Source of the DNA: Podarcis muralis
Lineage: Eukaryota
DNA: 64,000 nucleotides
Reading direction: 5' to 3'
NCBI RefSeq assembly: GCF_964188315.1
Contig: NC_135673.1
Coordinates: forward strand, 50,406,001 to 50,470,000
In this document: piece by piece, positions 61,935 through 64,000 of the stretch
Layout: every line of letters starts with the position of its first letter
How positions within the stretch are numbered: the first letter of the stretch is position 1
The notes under the pieces: generated by a model
Seen by the model: only the letters and a program-made list of their open reading frames with translations
Database searches by the model: none
Told to the model about the DNA's origin: nothing
Made by a program: the position numbers and the translations under genes

Positions 61935-62750
61935 GGCTGCGGATAGCAGCCTGCTTCCCGGAGCGCCGGGCGCCCTGAAAGCAGAGCTCCAGGCGCTTCG
62001 GGAACACATCCGCAGAGTGGGGAGGCTTGCAGGAGTTCCCCACAGGGCTCCCCACGCTGCGGATAGCAGCCTGCTGCCTGGCGGGTGGGGCGCCCTGAAG
62101 CAGAGCGCCCCTCGCGCCAGGCAGACATCCGCAGAGTGGGGAGCCTTGCAGGAGTTCCCCACAAGGCTCCCCACGCTGCGGATAGCAGCCTGCTGCCTGG
62201 CGGGTGGGGCGCCCTGAAGCAGAGCGCCCCTCGCGCCAGGCAGACATCCGCAGAGTGGGGAGCCTTGCAGGAGTTCCCCACAAGGCTCCCCACGCTGCGG
62301 ATAGCAGCCTGCTGCCTGGCGGGTGGGGCGCCCTGAAGCAGAGCGCCCCTCGTGCCAGGCAGACATCCGCAGAGTGGGGAGCCTTGCAGGAGTTCCCCAC
62401 AAGGCTCCCCACGCTGCGGATAGCAGCCTGCTGCCTGGCGGGTGGGGCGCCCTGAAGCAGAGCGCCCCTCGCGCCAGGCATACACCCGCAGAGTGGGGAG
62501 CCTTGCAGGAGTTCCCCACAGGGCTCCCCACGCTGCGGATAGCAGCCTGCTGCCTGGCGGGTGGGGCGCCCTGAAGCAGAGCGCCCCTCGCGCCAGGCAG
62601 ACATCCGCAGAGTGGGGAGCCTTGCAGGAGTTCCCCACAAGGCTCCCCACGCTGCGGATAGCAGCCTGCTGCCTGGCGGGTGGGGCGCCCTGAAGCAGAG
62701 CGCCCCTCGCGCCAGGCAGACATCCGCAGAGTGGGGAGGCTTGCAGGAGT
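61935..62750. repeat. Tandem array, 119-bp unit x about 6.5-7, internally self-complementary
   Basis: Period 119 (ORF-track starts 62085, 62204, 62323, 62442, 62561); units nearly identical. Confidence 0.95.
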
Positions 62751-64000
62751 TTTTTCCTTTATTTCCCCCCCAAAAATTTTTTCCTTTATTTCCCCCCCAA
62801 AAAACTAGGTGCGTCCTATGGTCCGGTGCGTCCAATCGTGCGAAAAATACGGTAATTATGAAATTATTGTGAGGTATAATAAGTTAACTGTATACAGACG
62901 CTTCAGGTTACATACACTTCAGGTTACATACGCTTCAGGTTACAGACTCCGCTAACCCAGAAATAGTACATCAGGTTAAGAACTTTGCTTCAGGATGAGA
63001 ACAGAAATCGTGGGGCGGTGGCATGGCACCAGCAGGAGGCCCCATTAGCTAAAGTGGTGCTTCAGGTTAAGAACAGTTTCAGGTTAAGAACGGACCTCCA
63101 GAACGAATTACGTTCTTAACCTGAGGTACCACTGTATATTTGGACAACTTTTCTGCTGTACTTTATTGGAAGGAGAAAAATAATCATTTCCTTAATAACA
63201 ATTTAAACAATTTATTTAACTAAAACAATAACATTATAGCATATATATCCATGTTTGCTTACTGATGTGGTTAAACATTTTTTTTAAAAAAATTCTTAGG
63301 CTGAATTTTAGCATATATGAAAAACTTAAAAGAAATCCTTACTTCCCAGTGAATCGCCTTTGGACAAATATCTTTCGAAAGATTTTTCCTCCAAAAGCAT
63401 TTTATTTTAGAAATCCAATTTAAATTTTTTAAAAATGTGATTTAAATCAAAGAAATCCATTTTTAAAAAAATTAAAAAATTGGATCATTGATTTTTATCC
63501 ACCCTGGTCTGATGTCGCGCAGCGTGAACCAGGATTCTCCAACCTGGTGCCCTCTAAATGTTCTGGACCATATGCTGCCTGGGGCTGGTGGGAGCATGTA
63601 GAAGGGTTCAAGTTGAGGGGAACTGCCATGAACTATCACAGGCACTCCAGCTGTTTTGGGACTACAACTCCCATCATCCCTAGCTAACAGGACCAGCGGG
63701 TCAGGGGTGATGGGCATTGGAGTCCCCAAACAGCTGGAGGGCCGAGTTTGCCTAGGCATGAACCATTGGGACCCCAGCTTGGAGGAAGGTCCTATTTGCA
63801 GATGCAAGAGGCGACTTTCCCCTGGTGAGAAGGAGTGGTGACCGCCAGCCTGGGGGGCTTGAAAAGAGGACCAGGCAAACTTGGGGAAGCAGATCAGTGC
63901 AGGATCTGTGGACCGGAAGAAGAACCAACCCATGAAATATATTTGGTGGGGTGACTTGGACCCCAGGAAATGTTGCATGTTTTTTTCTTTAACTTTTGCA

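Larger units (their letters stand above)
61068..62852. mobile_element. TA-flanked pogo/Tigger-type non-autonomous DNA transposon (1785 bp) containing two tandem arrays
   Basis: TA|CCGTATTTTTCGCACCATAGGACGCAC ... GTGCGTCCAATCGTGCGAAAAATACGG|TA, with internal repeats of GTGCGTCCTATGG. No transposase ORF. Confidence 0.85.

Noticed and set aside
61250-62750. Palindromic direct repeats resembling a CRISPR array
   Set aside because: Units are contiguous and near-identical with no unique spacers, there are no cas genes, the context is eukaryotic, and the array is enclosed by transposon TIRs.
61244-62872. Many overlapping ORFs up to 359 aa
   Set aside because: Products of stop-poor GC-rich tandem repeats; the peptides repeat with the array period.
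63795-63940. Further exon of the orphan + strand gene after TTTGCAG
   Set aside because: Open only in phase 1 while the previous exon ends in phase 0, and no clear donor; left unassigned.

Overview
Vertebrate genomic DNA from a squamate reptile. Sauria SINEs and BovB indicate a squamate; the SINE/MITE sequence style suggests a lacertid lizard (inference). GC-rich exons and CpG islands alternate with low-complexity or degenerate-repeat introns, and there are three N gaps. Four recognisable genes were spliced by hand from GT/AG boundaries and phase. (1) The 5' exons of FRMPD3 (-), running off the left edge. (2) A complete, very compact 9-exon GABA-A receptor beta4-type gene (+, 6161-11473, 452 aa). 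(3) A complete 30-exon PHKA1 (-, 41292-14621, 1158 aa). (4) A complete 7-exon RPS4X (-, 48011-43495, 263 aa). An unidentified + strand gene starts head-to-head with RPS4X and runs toward the right edge. Mobile DNA includes a full-length L1 with two intact ORFs and a 17-bp TSD nested in an older L1, truncated L1s, two Sauria SINEs with TSDs, BovB and Gypsy fragments, TA-flanked Tc1/mariner-pogo MITEs (one filled with hairpin tandem arrays), and a Penelope-type insertion carrying two inverted minimal hammerhead ribozymes. Most notable observations: the twin-hammerhead foldback insertion in PHKA1 intron 13; a fused PHKA1 exon that removes the RRLS (PKA-site) part of the multiphosphorylation domain; a stand-alone 5.3-kb beta4 gene; and the orphan gene sharing the RPS4X promoter. 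No database searches were possible, so all family assignments rest on remembered motifs.
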